64,000 nucleotides of DNA from Mobula hypostoma (taxonomy: Eukaryota): positions 75,580,001 to 75,644,000 of the forward strand of contig NC_086108.1 of assembly GCF_963921235.1 (NCBI RefSeq). The letters are read 5' to 3'. Positions 25,420 through 36,808 of the stretch are shown here, in pieces. The first letter of the stretch is position 1, and every line of letters starts with the position of its first letter. A program made the translations under genes and the position numbers. The notes beneath the pieces are model-generated. The model was not told where the DNA came from, ran no database searches, and saw only the letters and a list, made by a program, of their open reading frames with translations.

Positions 25420-28400
25420 ATGAAAATCGTTAGCCACAACATCGAAGGCTTCAGCCACAGTAAAGCAGAAATCCTAGCAAACTTAAAATCGGACATCTTG
25501 TGCATACAAGAAACTCATAGGCTGAACATCTAACCCTATACTCCAGGAATGCACTTGGCTATTGACACCCCTAGCCAAACTTATGGAAGTGCAATCTTTG
25601 TTAACGATAAATCTATAGTAATGAGCACAGCAAACATCCAAGCTGGTTCAATGGAACTTCTGAAGGTTGAAACAAAACACATAAATATCATCTCGGTCTA
25701 CAAACCCCCTAATGAACTCTTCATGTGGCCACCTAACCTAGATCTCCAAGACAAAATGGACCTCATTTTTGGTGACTTTAATAGCCATAGCACCAACTGG
25801 GGATACGAAGATGATGTTGCAAATGGAGAAGAAGTTGTATCACGGGCTTTAAACAACAGTCTTGAGCTACTATATGAGTCAAAGGACCCTTACCTTCACA
25901 GTGCCAGATGGAGAAAAGGATACAACCCAGACCTTGCCATTGTTACCTCGGCAAGCTTCAACCTCTTCACACAAACAGTCCTCCAACATATATCCAAATT
26001 CCAACATCGTCCAGTCCAGGTAGAATCCCTTCCAGTTCTAAGACCTGTACCATCAAAGTACCTACCAAGATTTAACCTGAGAAAAGTGAATTGGACATCT
26101 TTCGCAGAATCCCTTGATCAGCTTATCGATACCATACCACCAGAACCTGATCATTATGATGAATTTGTCCGACTAATCTGGAAAGTAGCACAGCAGAACA
26201 TACTTAGAGGCTGCAGAATCAAATATATTCAGGGATTGACTACTGATATCAAGCAAAGTTATGATGAATATAGTCATAGTCATAGTCATGGTCATAGTCA
26301 TACTTTATTGATCCCGAGGGAAGTTGGTTTTCGTTACAGTTGCACCATAAATAATTAAATAGTAATAAAACCATAAATAATTAAATAATAATATGTAAAT
26401 TATGCCAGGAAATAAGTCCAGGACCAGCCTATTGGCTCAGGGTGTCTGACCCTCCAAGGGAGGAGTTGTAAAGTTTGATGGCCACAGGCAGTACTCCTGT
26501 GCCCAACCGGTCCATTATGTAGTGGATGGGAGGAGACATTGTCCAAGATGGCATGCAACTTGGAAAGCATCCTCTTTTCAGAAACCACCGTCAGAGAGTC
26601 CAGTTCCATCCCCACAACATCACTGGCTTTACGAATGAGTTCGTTGATTCTGTTGGTGTCTGCTACCCTCAGCCTACTGCCCCAGCACACAACAGCAAAC
26701 ATGACAGCACTGGCCACCACAGGCTCATAGAACATCCTCAGCATCGTCCGACAGATGTTAAAGGACCTCAGTCTCCTCAGGAAATAGAGACGGCTCTGGC
26801 CCTTGTTGTAGAGAGCTTCAGTGTTCTTTGACCAGTCCAATTTATTGTCAATTCGTATCCCCAGGTATTTGTAATCCTCCACCATGTCCACACTGACCCC
26901 CTGGATGGAAACAGGGGTCACGGGTGCCTTTGCCCTCCTCAGGTCTACCACCAGCTCCTTAGTCTTTTTCATATGTCAACTTATACGACCAAGACCCGTT
27001 TGGTCAAGACACAATTGAAATGGGAGAGTCAGTTCTGTCCCTACTGAGCCAAGAGAGACAACAGCATTGGCAGGAACTGATAGAAAACACAGACATGACC
27101 AAGAATAGTAAGAAGGCATGGGCAACTGTTCGGAAACTAAGCTCAGACAATAGACCACCACAGAGAAGTGCTGCTGTAACACCCAATCAGGTTGCTCACC
27201 AACTAATACTAAGTGGTCGACCAAAAAACAAAGAACAGAGGCAAAAGAAAAAGCAACATCAGGAGATGGAGTCAGCTCTCTCGAACGGGAATAACAACTT
27301 CCCACCTCTCACCCTAGAAGAATTAAAAGATGAAGTATCACAGCCAAAATCCAACAAAGCTGCTGGCATAGCTGGTATTCTTAATGAATTCCTTAAACAT
27401 CTTGGACCTAAAGCATTCCACTGGCTTCTGTCCCTTTGTAACTGTTGCCTAAGATCATTAAAAATACTTAAAAATTGTAGAAGAGCCAAAGTTGTTGCTC
27501 CCCTAAAACCCAATAAAGACCCCAATATTCCTAAAAATTACAGATTAATTTCCTTGCTCTGCACCCTCTATAAACTCTATGAGAGACTCATACTGAAAAG
27601 AATATCCCCCTTAGTCGAAGATCTTCTAACACCAGACCAAGCCGGGTTCAGGCCAGGCTGCTCTTGCTGTTGTCAAGTCCTGAATTTAACCCAGTATATT
27701 GCCGATGGCTTTGACATGCGACAAGTCACAGGGGCAGTAATCATTGACTTAACAGCAGCATACGACATTGTGAATCACAAAGGCCTTCTACTGAAATTAT
27801 CTAAAATGTTAAAGAATGAAACCACAGTCAAAGTAACAAGAAGCCTCCTAGAAAATCGCAGATTTTATGTAGAAATGAATGGAGTCAAGAGGTGGCGTCC
27901 ACAAAAGAACAGACTACCAGAGGGATCAGTCCTGGCACCTCTACTATTTAATGTTTACACAAATGACCAACCAACCTTTCCTAACACACGCAGGTTTATC
28001 TATGCAGATGACCTATGCATAGTAACACAAGCTAACTCCTTCCAAGAAGTTGAAGTACAACTTACAGCAGTCCTCGAAGCAATGAATCAGTATTATGAAA
28101 AATGGTCTCTGAACCCAAATCTATCAAAAGCTAAAGTGTGTGCTTTCCACCTGAGGAATCGAGAAGCAGCTCGGAAACTCAAGATCTTCTGTTGTAGGAA
28201 GGAGCTCGAACACTATCCGACTCCAATTTACCTGGGCGTGACACTGGATAGGACGCTCTCATTTGCCACCCACATCCAAAAACTCCGAGGGAATGTTGGC
28301 TCTTGCAATTCTCTCTTGAAAAAATTAGCAGGCACGAAATGGGGAGCTAATGCTCACACACTTAGATCAACTGCCCTAGCACTCTGCTATGCACCTGCAG

Positions 28401-28925
28401 AATACTGTGCACCTGTGTGGGGCAGATCAGCCCATACGAAGAAAATAGACCCGTTGCTTAACGAAGCCTGCCGAATAATCACGGGCACACTGCGCCCCAC
28501 ACCCATTAACATCATTTACAAACTTGCAGGCATTGCTCCCCCAGAGATCCGAAAACACACTACAACAAAAATTGAAAAAGGTAGACAGAACTCAGATACA
28601 CGTCACCCACTACATCATCATGTGCCAGTTTCCAACCACCTAAAATCAAGGAAAAGTTTTGCTACAGTGGAGGAACTACCACACAGAGCATCCCCCCCAA
28701 ACATACAGGATTGACCTCTGGCAACAAACAGAAGCCAGAACCCCACCAAACAATACAGTGCAAGACTCCACAGAAATGTTGACAGACGGGGCACTGCTTG
28801 ACAGACGGAGGTGGTGCACTCTCAACAGAGCGAGAGCGGGAGTTTGTAGGACGGGAGACAATATGGCCTGCTCAACATCAACCAAACAACACTAGAGTGG
28901 CTGGCTGTCTGGTGTGACAAGCTAT
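25420..28925 (+). pseudogene. APE endonuclease-reverse transcriptase ORF of the Vingi-like element
   Basis: MKIVSHNIEG..ILCIQETH, GDFNSH, DLTAAYD, LPEGSVLAPLLFNVY, FIYADD, YLGVTLDRTL; TAA at 25531, insert at 26272-26970, frameshift near 28697. Confidence 0.88.
26272..26970 (-). mobile_element. Young Rex1-like 3' fragment nested in the Vingi ORF
   Basis: KTKELVVDLRR, YKYLG..DNKLDWSKN, QSRLYFLRRLRSF; (ATGACT)n tail; ATAT duplicated at both ends; removal restores the Vingi reading frame. Confidence 0.88.
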
Positions 28926-29969
28926 GATGATGACCTATGTACTCACTTTCATGGCCTCTTCATCTCACGTTCTTGACAGTTATTATTTATTTATTATTAT
29001 TAGTTTCTTTTTTTCTTTTGTATTTGCACAGTTGGTTGTCTTTTGTGCACTGGATGCTTGTCACTTTTGTTGGGTGTAGCCTTTCATTGGTTGTATTATG
29101 GTTCTTGAATTTACTCAGTATGCCCACAAGAAAACTAAACTCAGGGTTAAATGGTTACATACCGTATATGAACTTTGATAATAAATTTACCTTGTACTTT
29201 GTGAAAAAGCTGAAAATCTACATAAAGATTTCACTTCTCTATTATGACTGTCTGGAAGTAACTGGGATGTAAGAACTGATACCACATAAACAAAACCAGG
29301 TAGTATCTCACAATCAAGACACATTGCTGACATTCGCACTTGTCTTTTATGTAACATCAACAAGGGAATCAGTGAGAAACAGCATTAACCTTGAGAACTC
29401 CTTTGTGGCTGAACCAAGCACCTTGGAAATTCCAACACAGTGGGAGTGCAGAATGCCGTCACAGGGACCCCCACTTCCATCAGCAAAGTGTTCAGAAATA
29501 TTTTCTCAAGTTGATTGAAACCATTCCTTGAGTACTCTTGAAACATTCAGCTGCAATTCGCTGAGAGGGCTGAAGTAAGAACATACTGGAGCTCTAGCTC
29601 TGCTTTCAGAACTCCTAACCACAAGGATCCAGTAGGACAAAATGACTTGATTTGTCTCTGAGTCATGCTGAGATAAGCTGCAACAGATTATTTGAATGTT
29701 GCTAGAAGTTCTCTCACATTGATCAATTTTGTTATTTCTTTATGTTAATCACATGGACAACACTTTCATTTGAATTGCTATAGTGCTGGAAATGTCTTCC
29801 AAATGCGCTATCAAACCAAGGCTCCATTTTCCACTTTCCAACAACGGGTAAAGTGTTATAATAACTCATAGGTACTATTCAAAGAGGTTGAGTTCTTCCA
29901 GAACCCTGACAATCACTTCTCCCATTGCCAACATAACAGAAACAGATTTTCATTCATTATAATAAATAC

Positions 29970-30215
29970 AGTGGTTAGATTGGCGTGCCTTTATCAGCTG
30001 ACTGGACCTTTGATCTGCAGACATGAGTTCAAATACCATTGCAGCAAATGAAAAATATGAATTCAAGTAACTAAATAAATCTAGAATTTAACAGTTGGTT
30101 TCAATAATAGTTACCACAAAGTTTTGGGTTATTGTAAAAGCACAGATATCTCACCAACAGGCTTTTGGCAAGGATATATGCTATCCTTACCTGGTATAGT
30201 CCACAGCCACAGTGA
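29970..30215 (+). mobile_element. Degenerate tRNA-derived SINE
   Basis: B-box-like GAGTTCAAATACC, then body resembling a common elasmobranch SINE (TATCCTTACCTGG); recognition only. Confidence 0.45.
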
Positions 30216-30333
30216 CACATCTCAAAATATTTCTATTCAAAGACCAGCAGATCCATTGGACAGTCAAATAAACAGACAAAGACTACATGGTTAAAATTTT
30301 GAACTGCTACAAACTAATACCTCCCTTTTCTTT

Positions 30334-30470
30334 TTAGTCCCAGTGAAGGACCTTGGCACGAAACATTGACTGATTATTCATTTCCATAGATGCTGCCTGA
30401 AGTGCTGAGTTCCTCCAGCATTTTGTGTGTGTTGGTTTGCAGTTCCAGCATCTGCTGACTTTCTGGTGTT
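30334..30470 (+). mobile_element. Penelope pLTR fragment, degenerate hammerhead
   Basis: AGTC-CCAGTGA-AGGACCTTGGCAC-GAAACATT-GACT plus family tail. Confidence 0.65.
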
Positions 30471-31389
30471 CATACTTTGCACTTTTACCTCTTTCAAGGG
30501 GATTGCAAGTGTAGTGGTTTAAAGGTGTTATAGTAACACTGTTGTCTTTGTCAACGTAACTAGCACTTTTGCCATCATTATGTGCAGTCCTGGTCAGCCC
30601 ATTACAGAAAGGACGCACAAGTTCTGGAAGGAGAGTGGAAATCTTCTCAAAACTCTCACTAGTCTCACCTTGAAGGGCATTAGTGAGCCAGATCTTACAG
30701 TTTCTGAGGAGTGTGAAGAAAAGTGAAACATTTTATTGAACTGTTCTCATTCATTCTTCATTATCTCAACTTGAAATTATCCAAAGCCCTGCTACCCACA
30801 TTGCAACACATTCCACCCCTTTATCCATGCCTGCTGACCAACTCAGTTAAACAATAACTCAATTTTAAAATTCCCAAATTGGTCTCCTCCATAATTTTAC
30901 CCCTCCCTGTATCTGAAATACCCTCCAAACCAATATACCTCCACAGTCCTGTTGTTACTGATTTTGCTGGATTTAGCCTCTCCAACATTGATGGCTGTTT
31001 TCAGCGTGGAAGGGTAAGTATGAGAATACTAGGGCACATGTAGGAATTGAATTTGCCAAGTGTTAGGAACCAAACATCTGGAACAGGCCACTTACCAGTT
31101 GCAAGTCGTTAATGATTACTTCCCAGTAAGAGCCAAGGAGAAGGAAGCCAATTTCAAAGATGCTCCTTTGAGGCAAACATATCTTGTCAGCGTGGAGTGA
31201 AATGGAGGTGGATCAAGTTTTTCTGGAGGAGATATTATGAGATGTCATTGTGTCAAGCTTGCATGAAATTGCACCATAGCTTGGTGACTCCACACATACA
31301 ACAAACGGACATCCATGGTCAGCATATGGGAATTATCCTCAAAGAAAAACAGTGGTCACAGGCACTCTCTATTGGTCAGGGGTTAGTAA

Positions 31390-31818
31390 TAACAATGACT
31401 ACAATGGCTCTGTCTGTCTAAGTAGACAATGGATGCACCCGTTCCGGGGCGTAGACCTGGGCGATGAATATGGAGATCCTGGGCTGCCCAGACATCAAGA
31501 TCCCCCTCTCGGCCTCGCGGATGTGGCCCAAAGGAATGTGAAGCAGTACATTTGGCATCAGCTTGGCTGCAGGAGCTGCTGGGAGGTGACGTGATACATC
31601 ATCCAACCGCCTTAGGGGCTCCACTCCGGATTTGTGTAGGGTTTACTCCTTAGCTTTCTCTTCTCCCGAAGATACCCACAAGGCAGTGGGATCTGTAACC
31701 CTGGATAGGGGCCCATACCGGGTACTGTCAGCCGGAGCTGGCTGAGCCTGGGACTCGTGTAAGGCAGGGTCGTCACGCCCTGTAGTAGTGACATATGGAG
31801 CCACTACCCTCTACCTCA
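31390..31818 (-). mobile_element. Short non-autonomous RTE-derived element
   Basis: 12-bp TSD AGGGGTTAGTAA; RTE-like 5' UTR (CCCACTGCCTTGTGGG..GGAGTAAACCCT); endonuclease snippet GQPRISIFIAQVYAP; short simple-repeat tail. Confidence 0.7.
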
Positions 31819-31859
31819 AGGGGTTAGTAAGGACACTGAATATCTGGTGTAGTCAGGAT

Positions 31860-32200
31860 TGCAGGCTGGAGCTGCCCACCATTATGGTACAAACGTGCAA
31901 GGAACCAGTTTGTTTTCTGGGTGTATTTGTTTTCTTTAGGAACAGACCATTTCTTCTGCCTGGTTGAGAGCCACTCAAATATTCTAATCTCCACATGCTA
32001 TCCAGCATTATTGGCAAGGCTATTTGACTAGTCCAGACAGTGTGGAAAGCAATATAGCAGCAAGGGGTCCAGATGGCTAAAGTTGCTTCTGACTATGTAC
32101 AGGAGCATCTGCACTTCACCACAGGGTATTCCCCTGCCAAGATGCTGATGAGACATTGCTCATGAGTGTGGTTAAAATTGGGTCAGTCTCACCAGGCCAA
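31860..32200 (+). mobile_element. Highly degenerate Gypsy integrase remnant
   Basis: Frameshifted LLLTMYRS..HFTTGYSPAKMLMR resembles the integrase motif YRxTPHxTTGxSPAELLMGR. Confidence 0.45.
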
Positions 32201-32744
32201 GGGGGATTGTCGAGGTGAAGTTAAGGGCAGAATATGCAGTCAGGAATTATATTGTGAAATATAAGGGGGCAAGATTTTGGATGGGATCATGCCCAACAGG
32301 ATACTGAGTGAGAACAGGATACAGAAGGCAAATGTGGAATTTAAGTACCGGAGTGGTTCCTCTAATGCAGCCATTGCAAGATTATACATTAGTATAATGC
32401 AAGATTATACATAGTAGGTCAATGAAAGGTCCAAACCAAGTGGATGTAGGAGGAACAGATTCCCCAGAGCTCAGGTCACCTGGAGTGGATATATCATGGA
32501 TAACAAATGCACTTTTGCAAGAGCAAATATTTCAGAGGTTATGAAGTCAACAGATGGAGAGAATTTATAACTTAGAACTGCATATTAAACATATTGTATA
32601 AAAGTATATGTACAAATAGCTGATAGATTACATCATTTATTTTCTTTCTAAAGAAGAAAACTGTGTAGATGTATATAACATGTTTTATTTGTACTAAACA
32701 CTGTATTTTAGCTGAGAATTTATCGCCTTTGATAAAAGGATGTT

Positions 32745-33355
32745 CTCCCAGTGGCCACACATTTTAATTCCACGTCCCATTCCCATTCTGATAAGTCTAT
32801 CTATGGCCTCCTCTACTGTAAAGATGAAGCCACACTCAGGTTGGAGGAAAAACACCTGATATTCCGTCTGGGTAGCCTCCAACCTAATGGCATGAACACT
32901 GACTTCTCAAACTTCCGCTAATGCCCCACCTCCCCCTCGTACCCCATCCGTTATTTATTTATATACACACATTCTTTTTCTCTCTCTCCTTTTTCTCCCT
33001 CTGTTCCTCTCACTATACCCCTTGCCCATCCTCTGAGCTTTCCCCCTCTCCCTTTTCTTTCTCCCTAGGCCTACTGTCCCATGATCCTCTCATATCCTTT
33101 TCACCAATCACCTGTCCAGCTCTTGGCTCCATCCCTCCCCCTCCTGTCTTCTCCTATCATTTTGGATCTCCCCTTCCCCCCCCCATTTTCAAATCTCTTA
33201 CTAGCTCTTCTTTCAGTTAGTCCTGACGAAGGGCCTCGGCCCAAAACATCGACTGTACCCCTTCCTAGAGATGCTGCCTGGCCTGCTGCGTTCACCAGCA
33301 ACTTTTATGTGTGTTGCTTGAAATTCCAGCATCTGCAGATTTCCTCGTGTTTGTG
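32745..33355 (+). mobile_element. Penelope-like element 3' end (GIY-YIG C-terminus plus pLTR with hammerhead)
   Basis: LPVATHFNSTSHSHSDKSIYGLLYCKDEATLRLEEKHLIFRLGSLQPNGMNTDFSNFR*; AGTC-CTGACGA-AGGGCCTCGGCCC-AAAACATC-GACT at 33219-33254. Confidence 0.88.
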
Positions 33356-33587
33356 TTCTGTTAGTGGTTCTACCTCTGTTATCTGCCTTATCGAACAGTA
33401 ACACCAAAGAGCTTGCAGCCACGGTGTAGCCATAGATACATATTAATACATAAGCTTTAAACTGTGGATTTCTCAATGCCTTTCCTTCTCAACCTCTCTT
33501 TCCGCAATATGATACTCTTATAACCTGCCACTTTAAAAATACTGCGTCATCCGCTCTGGCACTTCCTTACATGTATCAGTGTCAAAC

Positions 33588-34540
33588 TTTGTTTGTTGTT
33601 CGTCCTTCGTAGTCGACGATGACCATGGCTTCAAAGTCAAATGGGAGATTGGTGGCTGTGGGTCCGGAGCTGACTGATGAGGCCAATCCGGGCCCTGAAG
33701 GCTCGCCCACATGTGGGACACAAGTGGGTGGGTGCTGTCGTGGCAGTGGATGCTGCTCGGGCCTTGCACACAGCACGCTTTCGTTGCCCCTCGATGATGC
33801 GCCTGACTTCAGCTGCACGGGCTCCTGTGGTGATCTTGCTGCGCCAAGCTGGACGGTCGAGGGCAAGCGTCTCCCACGTGTTGATGTCAACACTCAGGCC
33901 TTTGAGGGACGCTTTGAGGCAGTCTTTGTAACGTTTCTTCTGCCCCCTGACTGAGCGCTTGCCCTGACATAGTTCTCCGTACAGCAGCTGCTTAGGCAAT
34001 CGGCTGTCTGGCATTCTGACCACATGTCCAGCCCACCTGGCTTGGGCTTTCAGCAGGAGGGTGTAGACGCTGCAGAGCCCAGCTCGTTCCAGGATTTCCG
34101 TGTTGGGGACCTTGTCCTGCCACCTGATGTGGAGGAGTCTGCGGAGACAGCTCGGGTGAAAATGGTTGAGCTGTTTGGCGTGTCTGCTGTAGACAGTCCA
34201 GGTCTCGCTGGCGTAAAGGAGGGTGGTAAGGACCACTGCACAGTAGACCTTCAGCTTGGTGGTAAGGCTGAGTCCTCTCCGCTCCCAGACGTTCTCACGG
34301 AGTCTCCCAAAGGCTTTGGCAATCCTGTTGTTGACCTCAGCGTCTATGTTCACTGCGCGAGAGAGTATGCTGCCCAGGTAGGTGAAGTTGTTGGCTGCCT
34401 GGAGGTTCTGGCTCTTCACCGTGATGCGCGGCTCCTGGTATGGCTTTCCTGGGGCAGGCTGGTACATAACTTTGGTCTTTTTGGTGCTGATAGTGAGACC
34501 GAAGTTGTCACAGGCTTGTGAGAAGCAGTCCATTTCACGC
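33588..34540 (-). mobile_element. RTE-clade LINE 3' portion, open 301-codon frame
   Basis: FGLTISTKKTKVM, FTYLGS, LLYASETW, RWAGHVVRMPDSRLPKQLLYGEL, C2H2-like CPTCGRAF..RTH; (CAA)-type tail. Confidence 0.9.
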
Positions 34541-34677
34541 ATTTTACAGATGGCACAAAGGTTGGTGGAGCTGTGGATCGTATAGAAGTTGTCAAGGGTT
34601 ACAAAGGGATCTTGATAGGATGCGGAGCTGGGACGAGAAGTGGTAGTTGGAGTTCAACCCAGAGAAGTGCCAAGTGT

Positions 34678-35875
34678 AAACACAAAAGATTCTGTAGATG
34701 CAGGAAATCCAGGACAACCCACACAAAATGCTGGAGGAACTCAACAGGTCAGGCAACATCTAATGAAATGAACAGACAGTTGATATTTCGGGCCAAGACC
34801 CTTCATCAGGACTGGAAAGAAAGTGGAAAGATGCCAGAATAAAAAGGAGAGAGGAGGGGAAGGATGACAAGCTAGAAGGTGATAGGTGAAACCAGGTGGG
34901 TGGCAGAGGGGGATGAAGTAAGAAGGTGGGAGTTGATGAGTGGAAAAGGCAAAGAGCTGGAGAAGAAGGAATCTTATTGGAGAGGACAGTGGGCAATGGG
35001 GGAAAAGGAAGAAGGGGGAGGATCAGGGGTAAGCGATAGGCAGATGAGGAGAAGAGACCAGAGTGGGGGATAGAAGAAGAAAGGGGGAGGGGAAAATATC
35101 ACTGGAAGGAATAATCAATGTTCATTCCATCAGGTTGTAGGCTACATAGACAAAATAGTAGGTGTTGCTCTTCCACCCTGAGAGTGGCCTCACCATGGCA
35201 GAAGAGAACGCTATGCACTGACGTGTTGAAACAGAAATGAGGATAAGAATTGAAATGGTAGGCCACCTGAAAATTCTGCTTTTTGCAGATGGAGCAGAGG
35301 TCCTCAACAAAGCGGTCCCCCAATTTATGTCGGGTCTCACCAATATGGAATAGACCACGTAGAGAGAACCAGGCAGAATAAATCCCAACAGATTGGAAGG
35401 TGAAGTGTTGCCTCACCTGGAAGGTCTGTTTGGGGCCCTGAATGCAGGTAAGGGAGGAGATGAATGGGATATGTACCAGGAGGGTGATTATTGGGAAGGG
35501 ACAAATGGACAAAGGAATCACAAAGAGAGTGATCCCTGCAGAAAGCTGAGAGTTGGTAGGGGGTGAGATAAAGATACATTTACTTGGTGGTAGGATCACA
35601 CTGAATTTGTGGAGAATGACGTGTTGGAGGCAGAGGCTCATGGGGTGACAGGTGAAGACAGGAGGAACTCTATCCATGTTAAAGTGGCAGGAAAATGGGG
35701 TGAGCGCGGATGTCCGTGAAATGGAGGAGATGCGGATGAGGGCAACGTCAATGGTGGAGGGAGGGAGACCCCGTTTTTTGAAGAAGGAGCCACCTCTGAT
35801 GTCCTGGGAAACAAAGCCTCATCCAGGGAGCAGATGCAGCAGAGACAAAGGAGTTGAAAAAAGGGAATGCTGCAG
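34678..35875 (-). mobile_element. Penelope-like element 3' portion (GIY-YIG plus pLTR)
   Basis: GPKQTFQVRQHFT..GIY..GLFHIGETRHKLGDRF..VAYHFN..LRVEEQHLLF..LQPDGMNID. Confidence 0.88.
34777..34814 (-). ncRNA. Minimal type I hammerhead ribozyme motif
   Basis: Minus strand CAGTC-CTGATGA-A-GGG-TCTTGG-CCC-GAAA-TA-TC-AACTG; core intact, palindromic ATAT in place of stem III. Confidence 0.7.
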
Positions 35876-36254
35876 CTGAGACAAAGTGATTCACTTTGGA
35901 AAGTCAAACTTGATGGCTGAATACAGGGTTAATGGCATTGAGGAGGAGCAGAGGGACCTTGGGGGTCCATATCCATAGATCCTCCAAGTTGATAGGCCTG
36001 TTAAGAAGGCCTATAACGTGTTGGCCTTCATTAGTCAGGGGATTGTTGTGAGTCACAAGGTAATATTGCAGCCTTTAGACCACACTTGGAATATTTATTG
36101 TATTCATTCCTGGCTGCCTCATTATAGGAAAGAAGTGGAACCTTTAGAGGGGATGAAGAGGAGATTTGCCTAGATTGGAGGGCATGTCTTTTGACAATGG
36201 GTTGACTGAGCTAGGACCTTTCTTTTTGGGGCAAAGGAGGATAAGAGGTGATCT

Positions 36255-36647
36255 AATATCTAAAAGTGTTGCAGGTACTAGGGTAGGTAGTGGATACAGA
36301 AGAGAGGAAACTGTGTGGACTAGGTTAAGGCTGGGGCACTGTGCATTAAATAAAACATTGAAAATGATAGGGAAACACCAGACAGGATTGTGTGAGGAAT
36401 GTCAGGAAGAGGAGTCAGTAGAACACTAGTTCTGAGTTGCAGGAAGTATAGGATACAGAGAGAGATGATGAGAATTAATCTAAGGGAATTCACATTAAAA
36501 GGGTTGCTGGGCATGGGTCAGAGAGCACAGGTCAGGGTATTTTTAGCTTTCTTAAGGGGTACAGGGGTTTTTTATAGGATATGATGGATAAGCAGGAATA
36601 AGGTACAAGGATGGCCAAAGATGGGAGGATAAAGTGAAGGTGAGGGG

Positions 36648-36694
<47 letters not shown>

Positions 36695-36808
36695 GGTGAA
36701 GGGATTTAGAATGTAAATCTATTGCACACTCAGGAGCAGAAGATGGCGGTAAAGCAGCATTAAACTGGGTGCCAACTGCCGTAAAACAAGACAGAGAAGA
36801 AGCAGAGA
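36255..36808 (+). mobile_element. Nimb/I-group LINE 3' end
   Basis: RREETVWTRLRLGHCALN..GLCEECQEEESVEH..C zinc knuckle; tail GGCGGT..GCCAACTGCCGTAAAA plus GAA repeats; TSD AGAGGTGA(T/C)CT (36244-36254, 36809-36819). Confidence 0.78.
36646..36691. repeat. Compound (GT)n(GA)n microsatellite
   Basis: Directly visible in the Nimb 3' UTR. Confidence 0.9.

Larger units (their letters stand above)
25240..28932 (+). mobile_element. Full-length Vingi/Ingi-like non-LTR retrotransposon
   Basis: 8-bp TSD ACCTATGT (25232-25239, 28933-28940); single APE-RT ORF with no RNase H seen; (ATG)n tail; structured 5' UTR. Confidence 0.8.
24490..29200 (+). mobile_element. Rex1/Babar-like LINE split by the Vingi-like insertion (24490-25239 and 28933-29200)
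   Basis: KFGDDNTVIG; 3' UTR ACCTATGT|ACTCACTTTC resumes after the insert. Confidence 0.8.

Noticed and set aside
31600..31818. HDV-like ribozyme in the RTE-derived 5' UTR
   Set aside because: Only simple hairpins found; no P1-P2-P3 pseudoknot order or L3/J4/2 consensus fitted
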